NCBI GenBank assembly: GCA_964639615.1
Contig: CAZXHH010000001.1
Location: 68,092-132,091, forward strand
Origin: Candidatus Woesearchaeota archaeon
Lineage (GTDB): Archaea > Nanobdellota > Nanobdellia > Pacearchaeales > GW2011-AR1
Length of the DNA: 64,000 bases
Direction: 5' to 3'
Part shown: positions 47,216 through 57,065 of the stretch, piece by piece
Layout: every line of letters starts with the position of its first letter
Position numbering within the stretch: the stretch's first letter is position 1
Position numbers and translations under genes: made by a program
The notes under the pieces: model-generated
Told to the model about the DNA's origin: nothing
What the model saw: the letters and a program-made list of their open reading frames with translations, nothing else
Database searches by the model: none

Positions 47216-49801
47216 TTTAGAATCTAAATATTCTGGAGGATTAAATATTCCTTTTTTATCATATTTTACATAATGAGTATATTTTATAATCTCAAACCAA
47301 AGTATGCTTATTGTTGCTGCTCCAAATGAAAAAAGTATTTCTTTAAGAGTTAATGGATTAAATTTGAAAAGTTGATTAAAAAAAGGAAGATAAATTGATA
47401 ATGCTAAGAAAAATAATGCACCAAATGCAACAAACCAAAAGGCAGTATTCTTTTCAAAGAGAGTCTTATAAATAGGCTTTGAAGTGGACCTGTTAGTTAA
47501 GATTAAAAGAATATTAGAAAATATTAAAGTTGAAAATCCCATTGCACGAGCAGTATTTTCATTATCTGTGTGTTGAATAGTTAAATAAAATACAATAGTC
47601 ATTGCAAGAAGCATTCCAAATCCTTGTAAAATACTATAAATTAATGTTCTTCTATTAAATATTTTTTCTCTTGGACTTCTTGGTTTTCTTTTCATTATAT
47701 TCTCTTCTGCTTTTTCAGCTTCAAATACAATAGAACAAGTAGGATCTATAATTAATTCCAAGAATAAAATATGCATTGGCAAAAGGATAAGAGGCCATTT
47801 AAATATTAATGCTAAAATTGTTATTCCCATTATTGGAATATGCATTGAAAAAACATAAGACATTGCTTTTCTGATATTATCAAAGACTCTTCTTCCCATT
47901 TTTACACCATTAACAATAGATGTAAAGTTATCATCTAACAAAACAATTGAAGAAGCTTCTCTTGCAACATCTGTTCCTCTTTCTCCCATTGAAACTCCAA
48001 TATTTGCAGACTTTAAGGCAGGAGCATCATTAACTCCATCTCCAGTCATAGCTACAATCTCTCCGTTAGCCTTAAGTGCATTTACTAATCTTAATTTTTG
48101 TTGTGGAACAACTCTAACAAAAATATTAATATCCTTAATTTTATTTTTTAATTGAATATCACTAAGTTTCTCAAGTTCATCTCCTGTAATATATTTATCT
48201 GGATTTTTTAATCCTATTTCTAATGCAATATTCTGAGCAGTTCCAGAATAATCTCCTGTAATCATTATAACTCTTATTCCTGCTTCATAACATTCTTTTA
48301 TTGCTTGAGGAACAGTTTCTCTTATTGGATCTTCAAAACCAATTAATCCAACAAATTCAAAATTAAAATCCCGTTGTTCTTTAGGAAGTGCACCTTTTGA
48401 AAAAGCCTTTGCAACTGCAATTACTCTTAATCCTTCTTTTGAAAATCTTGTTACTTCTTTTAAAATTTCTTTTGAACTCTTAGAATTTAAATGACATAAA
48501 TTAATAATTGCTTCTGGAGCTCCCTTTGTTGCAATAATATTTTCATCTTTTCCTGGCTTTGTCCAAGCATGAGAAATTGCCATTAATTTATCAGACAAAG
48601 GATATTCTTGTAAAAGATGCCAATTTTTATGTATAAATTTGCTTTCATTTCCTCTAGATAATTCCTTCAATGCTTTTTCCATTGGATCAAATGGCTCTTT
48701 TTGACTTGCAAGTATTCCATATTCAACTATTTCATTGAATTTCTCAGGTATTTTTTTATTTTCTTCAACAAAGCAAGTTTCATTTTTCCAGTATAATTTT
48801 GTTACAGCCATTTTATTTTGTGTAAGTGTTCCGGTCTTATCTGTACATAAAATTGTTGCTGAACCTAATTCGGAAATTGCCTGTTGTCTTCGTATTAAAA
48901 CATTTTTTTTAGACATTCTCCAAGCACCAAAACCTAAAAAAAGTGTGAGAACAACTGGAAATTCTTCTGGAATTACTGACATTGCAAGTGTTATTCCATT
49001 AAGAACTGCTTCAATCCAATTATCTCTCAAAAGAGCATAAACTATTATAATAATTGCACAAGCCATAATTCCATATATAGCAAAATATTTTACTAAAAAA
49101 CTTGTTTCTTTTTGAAGATTAGTTTTCTCAGATTTTATTGTCTCTAATGATTTTCCAATTTTTCCCATCTCTGTTTCTGCTCCAGTTTCTTTTACAATTC
49201 CAATTGCTGTACCTCTTACAACCAATGTTCCAGAATATACAAAAGGAATATCTTCTCCTCCTGGTTTTTGCATCAATATTTTAAAATTAGTTGTTGATTT
49301 TTTTCTTACAGCAATAGACTCTCCTGTAAGGAGGCTTTCGTCAACAGAAAAATTAGTACAAGCAACAAGAATTGCATCCGCTGGAACTCTATCTCCTTCT
49401 GAAAGTATTATAACATCTCCTTGAACAACCTCTTTACCTGGAATTCTTTTTTTCTCTCCATCTCTAATAACAAGTGCTCTTGGACTTGATAAATCTCTTA
49501 ATGCATCTAATGCCTTTTCTGTCTTATTTTCCTGATAAATTGTTATAAAAATTATAATAACAACAAATCCCAAAAGTAAAAAAGATTCTTTTACATCTCC
49601 TATTAAAATATAAATTAACCAACAAATCCATAACAAAATAAACATTGGTTCTTTAAGAACATCTAAAATTATCTTAAAAGTAGTTTTTCTCTTTTCTTTA
49701 GGAAGTTCATTATATCCTTTTTCCTTAAGCTTTAAACTAGCTTCTCTTTCACTTAATCCAGAGAGATTCATAGATTTTAGTGTCTCTGTGGTGCTCTGCA
49801 T
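47210..49801 (-). CDS. Cation-translocating P-type ATPase (P2A, Ca2+-like)
   Basis: TGES, IPEE, DKTGTLT, KGAPE, MITGD and TGDGVNDAPAL. Confidence 0.95.
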   Translation of the reverse strand: MQSTTETLKSMNLSGLSEREASLKLKEKGYNELPKEKRKTTFKIILDVLKEPMFILLWICWLIYILIGDVKESFLLLGFVVIIIFITIYQENKTEKALDALRDLSSPRALVIRDGEKKRIPGKEVVQGDVIILSEGDRVPADAILVACTNFSVDESLLTGESIAVRKKSTTNFKILMQKPGGEDIPFVYSGTLVVRGTAIGIVKETGAETEMGKIGKSLETIKSEKTNLQKETSFLVKYFAIYGIMACAIIIIVYALLRDNWIEAVLNGITLAMSVIPEEFPVVLTLFLGFGAWRMSKKNVLIRRQQAISELGSATILCTDKTGTLTQNKMAVTKLYWKNETCFVEENKKIPEKFNEIVEYGILASQKEPFDPMEKALKELSRGNESKFIHKNWHLLQEYPLSDKLMAISHAWTKPGKDENIIATKGAPEAIINLCHLNSKSSKEILKEVTRFSKEGLRVIAVAKAFSKGALPKEQRDFNFEFVGLIGFEDPIRETVPQAIKECYEAGIRVIMITGDYSGTAQNIALEIGLKNPDKYITGDELEKLSDIQLKNKIKDINIFVRVVPQQKLRLVNALKANGEIVAMTGDGVNDAPALKSANIGVSMGERGTDVAREASSIVLLDDNFTSIVNGVKMGRRVFDNIRKAMSYVFSMHIPIMGITILALIFKWPLILLPMHILFLELIIDPTCSIVFEAEKAEENIMKRKPRSPREKIFNRRTLIYSILQGFGMLLAMTIVFYLTIQHTDNENTARAMGFSTLIFSNILLILTNRSTSKPIYKTLFEKNTAFWFVAFGALFFLALSIYLPFFNQLFKFNPLTLKEILFSFGAATISILWFEIIKYTHYVKYDKKGIFNPPEYLDSKL

Positions 49802-49856
49802 TTTTCCTCTTTATTAATAAAATAAAAGAGGTTTATAAAAGTAGAGAAGTAAAAAA

Positions 49857-50351
49857 TTAAACTTTCTTTGTTTTCTTTATACAAACTTTACAACCCTTAA
49901 ATTTCTTTTTTATAAAATCCCTCTTATTATTTGAATGTAAAGCATATTTTCTCTTGATTAATTTACCTAATCTACAATTTCTTGTATGGTAAGTTTTTGT
50001 TTCTGTAGAACCAACAAAATCATATTTTGGAATGTTCAATTTTTTTGGTTTTATCTTTCTTTCAATATAAACAGGTTTTTCCACATATACTGGTTTATCG
50101 ACATAAACTGGTTTGTCTAAATAAACAGGTTTTGGAATTTCTTTAATTATCTCTTGTTTTACGAATCTAGTTTTTTGCTCTTGTCTTAAGATCATAAATG
50201 CAATAAGCAAATAAAAGAAAGTTAACATCCACCCCATTATTAAAACCCCTGTAATATTTAGTTTGAAGAAGATTCCTACTAAGATTACTAAGAGAATTAT
50301 CATTAATCCTAAAACAATTACAATATTTGTTCTTCTTCCTAACTTAACCAT
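49857..50351 (-). CDS. 2-TM protein with KPVYx[D/E] repeats and a C-terminal Ada-like metal-binding motif
   Basis: PKPVYLDKPVYVDKPVYVEKPVYIE; FVGS..KTYHTRNC...GCKVC. Confidence 0.7.
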   Translation of the reverse strand: MVKLGRRTNIVIVLGLMIILLVILVGIFFKLNITGVLIMGWMLTFFYLLIAFMILRQEQKTRFVKQEIIKEIPKPVYLDKPVYVDKPVYVEKPVYIERKIKPKKLNIPKYDFVGSTETKTYHTRNCRLGKLIKRKYALHSNNKRDFIKKKFKGCKVCIKKTKKV

Positions 50352-50426
50352 TATTTTTAGAAAAGATTGTGGTATTTAAACCTTGTGTTTTGTTACTATT
50401 TTATAGTTAAGTCATTTTACTATTTT

Positions 50427-50933
50427 TCATATGCCTGCATTTTTTCTGGCTAATTTAAGCCTATCGAATTTTTTCCAATATCTTCTTCCAACGATATACC
50501 CTTTGCATGAACTAGAACCGCAAAGACATGGATGCTCTTGATAATCATTTAAATCGTACCCATAATCATAATTTAGTTCTTCTCCTTTTTTTATCTCTTT
50601 TATAGAAATTATCCAAATATGGTTGTCAATTATCTTATATTTACAATTTGGACTACAAGAGTGATTGATAAATCTTGCAGGATTCCACGGAACGTTTCCG
50701 TCAATATCTTGTTTTTTATTTAATTCAAATATGAAAACTGCTCCTGAACCTGTTTCTTTTGATTTTTTATATTGTTCTTCTGCTATTCTTTCTCCTTCCT
50801 TTGAGGATACTATTTTCCCAACATATTCTATTATTTTGGTTCCTTTAGGAATATCTTTTCTAGCAAAAACTCCTTTTCCATGAACTTTGGAATTTCTTAC
50901 AATGTAAAATAAATCTACATTTTTGGTTTTCAT
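50427..50933 (-). CDS. SET domain protein-lysine methyltransferase with post-SET motif
   Basis: HGKGVFA, IEYVG, ARFINHSCSPN, GEELNYDYG and CLCGSSSCKG. Confidence 0.93.
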   Translation of the reverse strand: MKTKNVDLFYIVRNSKVHGKGVFARKDIPKGTKIIEYVGKIVSSKEGERIAEEQYKKSKETGSGAVFIFELNKKQDIDGNVPWNPARFINHSCSPNCKYKIIDNHIWIISIKEIKKGEELNYDYGYDLNDYQEHPCLCGSSSCKGYIVGRRYWKKFDRLKLARKNAGI

Positions 50934-50971
50934 CAGTAAGAAAATTAAAAATGGTTTAAAATCGTTTGGTA

Positions 50972-51043
50972 TGCCCCCACGAAGATTCGAACTCCGATTA
51001 CAACCTCCGCAAGGTCGCGTTCTATCCGTTGAACTATGGGGGC
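50972..51043 (-). tRNA. tRNA-Arg (GCG)
   Basis: GCCCCCA/TGGGGGC acceptor, CGACC-TTGCGGA-GGTTG anticodon arm, TTCGAAT T-loop. Confidence 0.92.
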
Positions 51044-51085
51044 GACAATGATAAATAATTTAAATGGTTCCCGGTTAAAAAAGAT

Positions 51086-52279
51086 ATGTTAATCGGTTTA
51101 GTAGGAAAACCTTCTGTAGGAAAAAGCACATTTTTCAAAGCTTCTACTTTAGCAGAAGTTGAAATAGCATCTTACCCATTTACAACAATAAAACCCAATC
51201 ATGGAGTTGGATACGTAAGAGTTGAATGCATTGATAAAGAGTTTAATTCGCAATGTCATCCAAATCATGGTTTTTGTATAAACCATCAGAGATTTGTTCC
51301 AATAGATTTGATGGATGTTGCAGGTTTAGTTCCTGGTGCAAGTGAAGGAAAAGGTTTGGGAAATCAGTTTTTAGATGATTTAAGAGGAGCAGATATTTTT
51401 ATTCATATAGTAGATTGTGCAGGAGAGACAAATGCTGAAGGAAAATTACTTGAAAAAGGGCAGGAATATGATATAAGTAATGATGTAAAATTCTTAGAAG
51501 AAGAACTAGACAAATGGTTTTTCAATATTTTATCTAGAGCTTGGAAAAGTTTTGCAAGAACAGCAGAAATGTCTAAAGCAAAATTTTCAGAAGCTGTTGC
51601 AAAGCAATTTTCTGGGTTGAAAGTTAAAGAAGATCAAGTTAAAGATGTTTTATTAAAGACTAATCTTCCAGAAAGAGCTTCAGAATGGAATGAAGAGCAA
51701 TTAATGAAGTTTGCTTCTGCATTAAGAAAAGAAAGTAAACCTATGATTATAGCTGCAAATAAGATTGATAGTCCAAATGGAGAGAAAAATTATCTTAAAA
51801 TAAAAGAGACTTTCAGAGAGTATTTAGTTATCCCTTGTAGTTCTGATTCTGAGTTAGCACTTAGACAAGCTGCAAAAGCAGGATTAATTGAATATATACC
51901 TGGAGATAAAAATTTCAAGATTTTAAAAGAATTAAATGAAAAGCAAAAACAAGCTCTTGAAAAAATTAAAACAGGAATCTTAGATAAATACGAATTTGGA
52001 ACAGGAATTCAACAAGTTTTGAATACTGCTGTTTTTGATTATTTGAAATATATTGCAATATTTCCGGCATCTGCAAGTAAATTAGCAGACAGCAAAGGAC
52101 ATGTTCTTCCTGATTGTTTCTTAATGCCTCCTGGAACAACTGCTCAAGATTTTGCATATTATTTACATACAGACTTTGGAAAGAATTTCATCAAGGCAAT
52201 TGATGCGCGTAGCAAGATGGCTTGGGGAAAAGATCACAAGCTAAAACACAGAGATGGTTTAGAAATTGTTACAAGGTAA
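51086..52279 (+). CDS. ychF: YchF/Obg-family P-loop NTPase (archaeal type)
   Basis: GKPSVGKST, YPFTT, DVAGL, GLGNQFL and NKID; TGS-like C-terminus. Confidence 0.9.
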   Translation: MLIGLVGKPSVGKSTFFKASTLAEVEIASYPFTTIKPNHGVGYVRVECIDKEFNSQCHPNHGFCINHQRFVPIDLMDVAGLVPGASEGKGLGNQFLDDLRGADIFIHIVDCAGETNAEGKLLEKGQEYDISNDVKFLEEELDKWFFNILSRAWKSFARTAEMSKAKFSEAVAKQFSGLKVKEDQVKDVLLKTNLPERASEWNEEQLMKFASALRKESKPMIIAANKIDSPNGEKNYLKIKETFREYLVIPCSSDSELALRQAAKAGLIEYIPGDKNFKILKELNEKQKQALEKIKTGILDKYEFGTGIQQVLNTAVFDYLKYIAIFPASASKLADSKGHVLPDCFLMPPGTTAQDFAYYLHTDFGKNFIKAIDARSKMAWGKDHKLKHRDGLEIVTR

Positions 52280-52281
52280 AA

Positions 52282-52986
52282 ATGAAACTTTCAATAATAA
52301 TTCCAGCATATAATGAGGAAAAAAGAATCCTTAAAACTCTTAACGAGTATTACAATTTTTTTAATAAAAAAATCCCAAATCAATTTGAATTGATTATTAT
52401 CCCAAATAATTGTAATGATAACACATTAAAAATATCAACAGAATTTTCTAAGTCTAAAAAAAATGTAATTGTAAAAAACTTTCCTTACTACACTGGTAAA
52501 GGGGGGGCAATAATAAATGGTTTCAAAGTTGCAAATGGTGAATTAATTGGGTTTACAGATGCAGATAACAGCATAACCCCAGAAAATTTTTACAAACTGT
52601 ATACTTCAATAAATAGTTTTAGTGGAATTATTGCATCGAGAAAAATAAAAGGAGCAAAAATAATACCTAAAAGGGAATTATCTAAAAATATATCTAGTTT
52701 TTTCTTTATGATCTCCGTAAAGATTTTATTTAATTTACATTACGAAGATACTCAGTGTGGTGCAAAATTATTCAAAAAGGAAACTGCAAAATTTCTTTCT
52801 AAAAAAGTTACAGAAAAAGGATGGGATTTTGATGTAAACATGTTATATCTATGCAAGAAAAAAGGATTTAAAATTAAGGAATGTCCAATTATTTGGAGCG
52901 ATTGTGAAGGCTCAAAGTTATCTAATATCGATGGGATAAAGTCCATATTTAATCTATTAAGATATAGATTTAAGGCTTCTTCTTAA
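52282..52986 (+). CDS. GT2 glycosyltransferase (dolichyl-phosphate sugar synthase-like)
   Basis: IIPAYNEE, GKGGA, FTDAD, DTQCGAKLF and WDFDV. Confidence 0.9.
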   Translation: MKLSIIIPAYNEEKRILKTLNEYYNFFNKKIPNQFELIIIPNNCNDNTLKISTEFSKSKKNVIVKNFPYYTGKGGAIINGFKVANGELIGFTDADNSITPENFYKLYTSINSFSGIIASRKIKGAKIIPKRELSKNISSFFFMISVKILFNLHYEDTQCGAKLFKKETAKFLSKKVTEKGWDFDVNMLYLCKKKGFKIKECPIIWSDCEGSKLSNIDGIKSIFNLLRYRFKASS

Positions 52987-53380
52987 ACGTCCAAAACAAA
53001 GAACCAAAAAAGTTTAAAATTATGCTTGCTCCTGTTCCGCATAAAAAAGCAATATTTCTCCCAAGAAGAGAATTCCCTGTTTGGGATATTACTAAGGAAA
53101 AAATTGCTAAATTAATCAGTGCTGTAATACCATAAACAATAAGCCACTTTGGTAATTGAGACTTGATGCTTCCTTCTTTAGCGCAGAATGTTACATTCCT
53201 ATTCATTGTAAAATTCCAAATCATTGAAACCACAATTCCCAGTACCCTTGAAATTTGGGGCATTAAAAAACTGTTTCCAAGAAAATAAGCAAATGTATTA
53301 AACACAACAAAATCTATAAAAGTTGCAATTCCCCCAACAAAACAGAATGTAATAAATTTAGGTATCCGTTTTATATTCAT
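52970..53380 (-). CDS. GtrA family lipid-linked sugar translocase
   Basis: KFITFCFVGGIATFIDF, WNFTMNRNVTF and LNFFGSLFWTF. Confidence 0.88.
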   Translation of the reverse strand: MNIKRIPKFITFCFVGGIATFIDFVVFNTFAYFLGNSFLMPQISRVLGIVVSMIWNFTMNRNVTFCAKEGSIKSQLPKWLIVYGITALINLAIFSLVISQTGNSLLGRNIAFLCGTGASIILNFFGSLFWTFKKKP

Positions 53381-53456
53381 TTTTCATAAAAGGTTGATCT
53401 ATTCTTAAAGTTTGCCAAAAGATATCTATAAATACAGATACTTTATTATCTGTATC

Positions 53457-55310
53457 ATGAACAAAGAGAAGAAATTCTTAATTCTAAGTTCCCTTATTAT
53501 ATTTATAATCTGTTTAATTCTATTTTATAGACCTCTTATTAGCAATCAGCCCTTGGGATTAGATACACTTGGGCATTTGAGCAAAGTTTCGTATCTTAAA
53601 ACGTATCCATTTGCAAACTGGGACATGTCTTGGTATTCTGGAACATTGTCCTTAAAACTGTACTCTCCCCTGTTTTATTACCTCGTTGCAATTTTTCCAA
53701 ATATTTTCTTCGGAGCAAATTTTCTGAGTTTACTAAGTATCTTTCTTACTTGCATTGGCATCTATATTTTTATAAGATATAAAACAAAAAATGAAAAAAT
53801 AGCTTTATTTTCTGGACTTCTATATTTGACTACCCTAAGCATTTCATATTATTGGATTGTTACTGGAAATCTTCCCTACTTCTTTGCATTATGGACTATT
53901 CCTTTTTCATTATACCTTCTTGAAAAATCGCTTTTAGAAAAAAAGAAAAAATATTTTATATTTTACTCGCTCTTTTTTTTGCTAGGAATTTTGATTCATG
54001 TAGTAGTGGGATTTTTAATCGGTTTGTTTATGGTGATTAGAATCTTATTTGATGGAATAAATATAAAAAATATAAAGAAGATCTTCATTTATGGAGCAAT
54101 TCCAGTATTGCTAGCATCATTTTGGTTTATTCCTTTTTTGGCGTATTCAATCCATAACGGAGGATATCTTGGACATGTGCCTACACCAATGCAATTATGG
54201 GGTTTTGATAAAGAAGGTTCTTGGGGATTACAAGTAGCAGGTATTGGAGTTATTTTTTCTTTATTTATTATTTCTTTATTCTTCTTAAAAAAGTACTGGA
54301 AAGAAAAAGATGTAAAATTATATCTCCTTTTTACGGCAATATTAATTTTTCTGCTTTTTGGGGGTTTAAGAAATCATTACCCATATGGTGTTGACCCTGT
54401 TAGGTTTATTCTTCCACTTTCAATTATTCTATGCGTTTTTTTAGGACTTGCCATATCTAAAATGAAATTTTTTGAAAATGGATATTTAACATTTATTTTA
54501 ATTATAGTGCTGCTAATTGGAATTTTTTGGAATATGCAAATAATTAATAAAAATTTTGATAAACTATCCTATTACAAAGAAGATAGCAGATATGGAATCT
54601 TCAAGGAAATAATCTCCGATAAAAAAATTCCTCTAAAAAATGAATTTGAAAATTACAGATTTGGCACTTCAAAATATGTTTTTGGTGAAAATTTAAATTA
54701 TTTTTTCCCCGAGTTACCACAAACTTTTGGATATCAGGATGCAGGCATGCTTAATGCCCCAAGATACTATGATATGAGATGGCATATTTGGCTCTCTGAT
54801 GACATAAACGGTGCAATATACTGGCTTGATTGGTTTGGTATTAAATATTTTGAATCAGAAAATACAGATTTTATAGATAAATTCCTAAATGATTCTCGTT
54901 TTAGAGTGATTATGAAGAACTCAATAAGATATGATTTTACTTTATTTGAATACTTAGATGCAAAACCAATTATATCTTTAGTAGACTACGCAAATGAAAC
55001 TTCTTTTGGCTCAGAAAAATTATTTACATGGAAAAGAGATAATCCGGATGAAGTGATAGTTGAATATAATTCATTGGATGAAAACGATGCTGTTTTATTT
55101 AAGGAATTTTATCATAAAACTTGGAAAGCAAAAGAATTAATATCTAGAGAAAAATTAGAGATACATAAAACTGCAACAGGGTTTATGTATGTAAATCCCA
55201 ATCTAACTTCAAAAGGAGTCGTATTCTATCAATCAAAGACATTTACAGATTATTTAGGGTTGTTATTAACGCTAGTTGGAATAATTCTTTTGATAGCTAT
55301 AAAAAAATAA
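53457..55310 (+). CDS. Multi-TM GT-C-like glycosyltransferase (YfhO/PTPS-related type)
   Basis: GLDTLGH, WYSG...YSPL, LASFWFIP and DPVRF; about 12 TM helices, external domain and terminal TM. Confidence 0.75.
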   Translation: MNKEKKFLILSSLIIFIICLILFYRPLISNQPLGLDTLGHLSKVSYLKTYPFANWDMSWYSGTLSLKLYSPLFYYLVAIFPNIFFGANFLSLLSIFLTCIGIYIFIRYKTKNEKIALFSGLLYLTTLSISYYWIVTGNLPYFFALWTIPFSLYLLEKSLLEKKKKYFIFYSLFFLLGILIHVVVGFLIGLFMVIRILFDGINIKNIKKIFIYGAIPVLLASFWFIPFLAYSIHNGGYLGHVPTPMQLWGFDKEGSWGLQVAGIGVIFSLFIISLFFLKKYWKEKDVKLYLLFTAILIFLLFGGLRNHYPYGVDPVRFILPLSIILCVFLGLAISKMKFFENGYLTFILIIVLLIGIFWNMQIINKNFDKLSYYKEDSRYGIFKEIISDKKIPLKNEFENYRFGTSKYVFGENLNYFFPELPQTFGYQDAGMLNAPRYYDMRWHIWLSDDINGAIYWLDWFGIKYFESENTDFIDKFLNDSRFRVIMKNSIRYDFTLFEYLDAKPIISLVDYANETSFGSEKLFTWKRDNPDEVIVEYNSLDENDAVLFKEFYHKTWKAKELISREKLEIHKTATGFMYVNPNLTSKGVVFYQSKTFTDYLGLLLTLVGIILLIAIKK

Positions 55311-55312
55311 AA

Positions 55313-55525
55313 ATGAAACTTTCAATTAAACTTCATCCGAATTCTTCTCAGGAAAAAATTGAAGAAATTGAAAAAGACAAATCCTATGAAGTTTGGATAA
55401 AAGAAAAACCAATTGATGGAAAAGCTAACCTCCAACTTATAAAAATTCTAAAAAAATACTTTCACAAAGAAGTTGAACTCATTTCTGGACTTACTTCAAA
55501 AAATAAAGTGATTGAAATTAAATAA
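55313..55525 (+). CDS. DUF167 family protein
   Basis: KLHPNS, PIDGKAN and SGLTSKNK. Confidence 0.85.
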   Translation: MKLSIKLHPNSSQEKIEEIEKDKSYEVWIKEKPIDGKANLQLIKILKKYFHKEVELISGLTSKNKVIEIK

Positions 55526-55559
55526 AAATTCTTAAAAAGGATAACTAATATAAAAATAT

Positions 55560-55778
55560 ATGAAAATTACAATAAAGGTGAGATTTAATTCAAGTTATCC
55601 TAAGTTTGAAAAAGTTTCTAATGATAAATACATTTTGTATATTCCAGATCCAAGAACAAATCAAAGTGAAGACTTCATAAAAGAACTCCTTGAGAGAAAA
55701 TTAGGTGTAATGAAAAAGAATATTTCTCTATTAAGTGTAAACGAACAAGGAGATTGGTCTTTTCACATTGACGGATAA
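55560..55778 (+). CDS. DUF167-like protein (divergent)
   Basis: Similar size and pattern to the neighbour (KVRFNS...LGVMKKNISL). Confidence 0.55.
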   Translation: MKITIKVRFNSSYPKFEKVSNDKYILYIPDPRTNQSEDFIKELLERKLGVMKKNISLLSVNEQGDWSFHIDG

Positions 55779-55948
55779 GAATTATACATGACCGGTCCTT
55801 CTATTGTGTAAGAGTGATACTCTCTAATTATTTTAAAAGGTTTCACAGGAAATTGTTTTATTAGCTTCAAAATATCTTTACTCTCTTCTGGCTTTTTCTC
55901 TTCACATTTACTTTTATCTTCTAAGGTCATAAGAAATTTACCCGCCAA
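55763..55948 (-). CDS. Hypothetical protein
   Basis: 61-aa ORF filling the gap; non-ATG start uncertain. Confidence 0.35.
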   Translation of the reverse strand: MAGKFLMTLEDKSKCEEKKPEESKDILKLIKQFPVKPFKIIREYHSYTIEGPVMYNSYPSM

Positions 55949-55978
55949 CTATATAAATAGATTATTGTTTTTTAAAAT

Positions 55979-56383
55979 ATGAAATACGAAGAGGCTCCTG
56001 ATTTACAAATAATCGCAGAAGACATATCTAAAACCTTATTCCCTCATATTATAATGGAAAGAGTGAAATGCTATAGAAGTTATGGAAGTTCTACAAGAGG
56101 AACAATTGCCAGATGTCATGCTTTGGGAAAATTAATGCAAAAAGCAATAGGTGTTGAAGCTTATTATGCTCTTGAATTTTTATCTGCAAGATTTGATAAA
56201 TTGACTAAAGAGGATCAAATAAAAACAATAATTCATGAATTAATGCATATACCTCAGACATTTGGTGGAGGATTCAGACATCACGACCATGTTACTGAAA
56301 AAAATGTAAATCTTATGTATAAGACATATATTGCAAAGAAGGAAGGAAGAGAAATATATGAAAGAAAAGGATGGTTTAGCTAA
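55979..56383 (+). CDS. Putative metallopeptidase (HExxH)
   Basis: IIHELMHIP...GFRHH. Confidence 0.8.
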   Translation: MKYEEAPDLQIIAEDISKTLFPHIIMERVKCYRSYGSSTRGTIARCHALGKLMQKAIGVEAYYALEFLSARFDKLTKEDQIKTIIHELMHIPQTFGGGFRHHDHVTEKNVNLMYKTYIAKKEGREIYERKGWFS

Positions 56384-56384
56384 G

Positions 56385-56726
56385 ATGAATCTAATAATAA
56401 AAGAAAATTCTAAAAAAATTCTTGTAAAAAATATCAAAAGACTTTCAGAATTTCAAAAAGGAATAGGATTAATGTTTCATCGAAGAGAAAAATGCCCTGC
56501 AATGCTCTTTGAGTTCAATGAATTGACAAATTTGAAAATTCATTCTTGGTTTGTTTTTTTTCCATTCGTCGCTGTTTGGACAGATAAAAACAATAAAATT
56601 ATTGAAAAAAGAATTATCAAACCGTTCAGAATTTTTATTGGTCCTAAAAAATCTTTCTATAAACTTGTTGAAATACCTATAAACAGCGAATATAAAAAAG
56701 AAATTTCTTTATTATTAAAAAAATAG
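56385..56726 (+). CDS. DUF192 family protein
   Basis: GLMF, MLFEF, IHSWFVFFP and LVEIP. Confidence 0.8.
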   Translation: MNLIIKENSKKILVKNIKRLSEFQKGIGLMFHRREKCPAMLFEFNELTNLKIHSWFVFFPFVAVWTDKNNKIIEKRIIKPFRIFIGPKKSFYKLVEIPINSEYKKEISLLLKK

Positions 56727-56818
56727 TAACTATTCTCTAGGAACTCTTTCTCGACGAGGAAAGATTTAAAAAGAATATTAACTATAATAAATCATATTCA
56801 CAAAAAAGGAGGTTAAAA

Positions 56819-56947
56819 ATGGGAACAGTTTTGGTTAAGAACGTTGTTAAAAGAAAGCCAGGATATCTTTACTATGTAGACGGAAAAGGAAACGTATGTG
56901 AAGCTAAGATGGCTAGAGGCGGAAAGAAGAAGAAAAAGAAAAAGTAA
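56819..56947 (+). CDS. Small basic protein (42 aa), candidate nucleic-acid-binding protein
   Basis: Below the ORF-track cutoff. MGTVLVKNVVKRKPGYLYYVDGKGNVCEAKMARGGKKKKKKK; AGGAGGT SD; TTTAAAAA promoter; T-rich tract downstream. Confidence 0.85.
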   Translation: MGTVLVKNVVKRKPGYLYYVDGKGNVCEAKMARGGKKKKKKK

Positions 56948-56953
56948 GGTGAC

Positions 56954-57030
56954 TTATTATTTTTTTATTTTCTTTTAAATTTAATATTTTTTATTTACTC
57001 TTATTCTATTTTACTTTTATTTTATATTCA
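56954..57030 (+). terminator. T-rich archaeal-type terminator tract
   Basis: Multiple oligo-T runs immediately after the 42-aa gene. Confidence 0.45.
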
Positions 57031-57065
57031 ACAAAAAGCTATATATAACCTATTTTGCGATTAAT

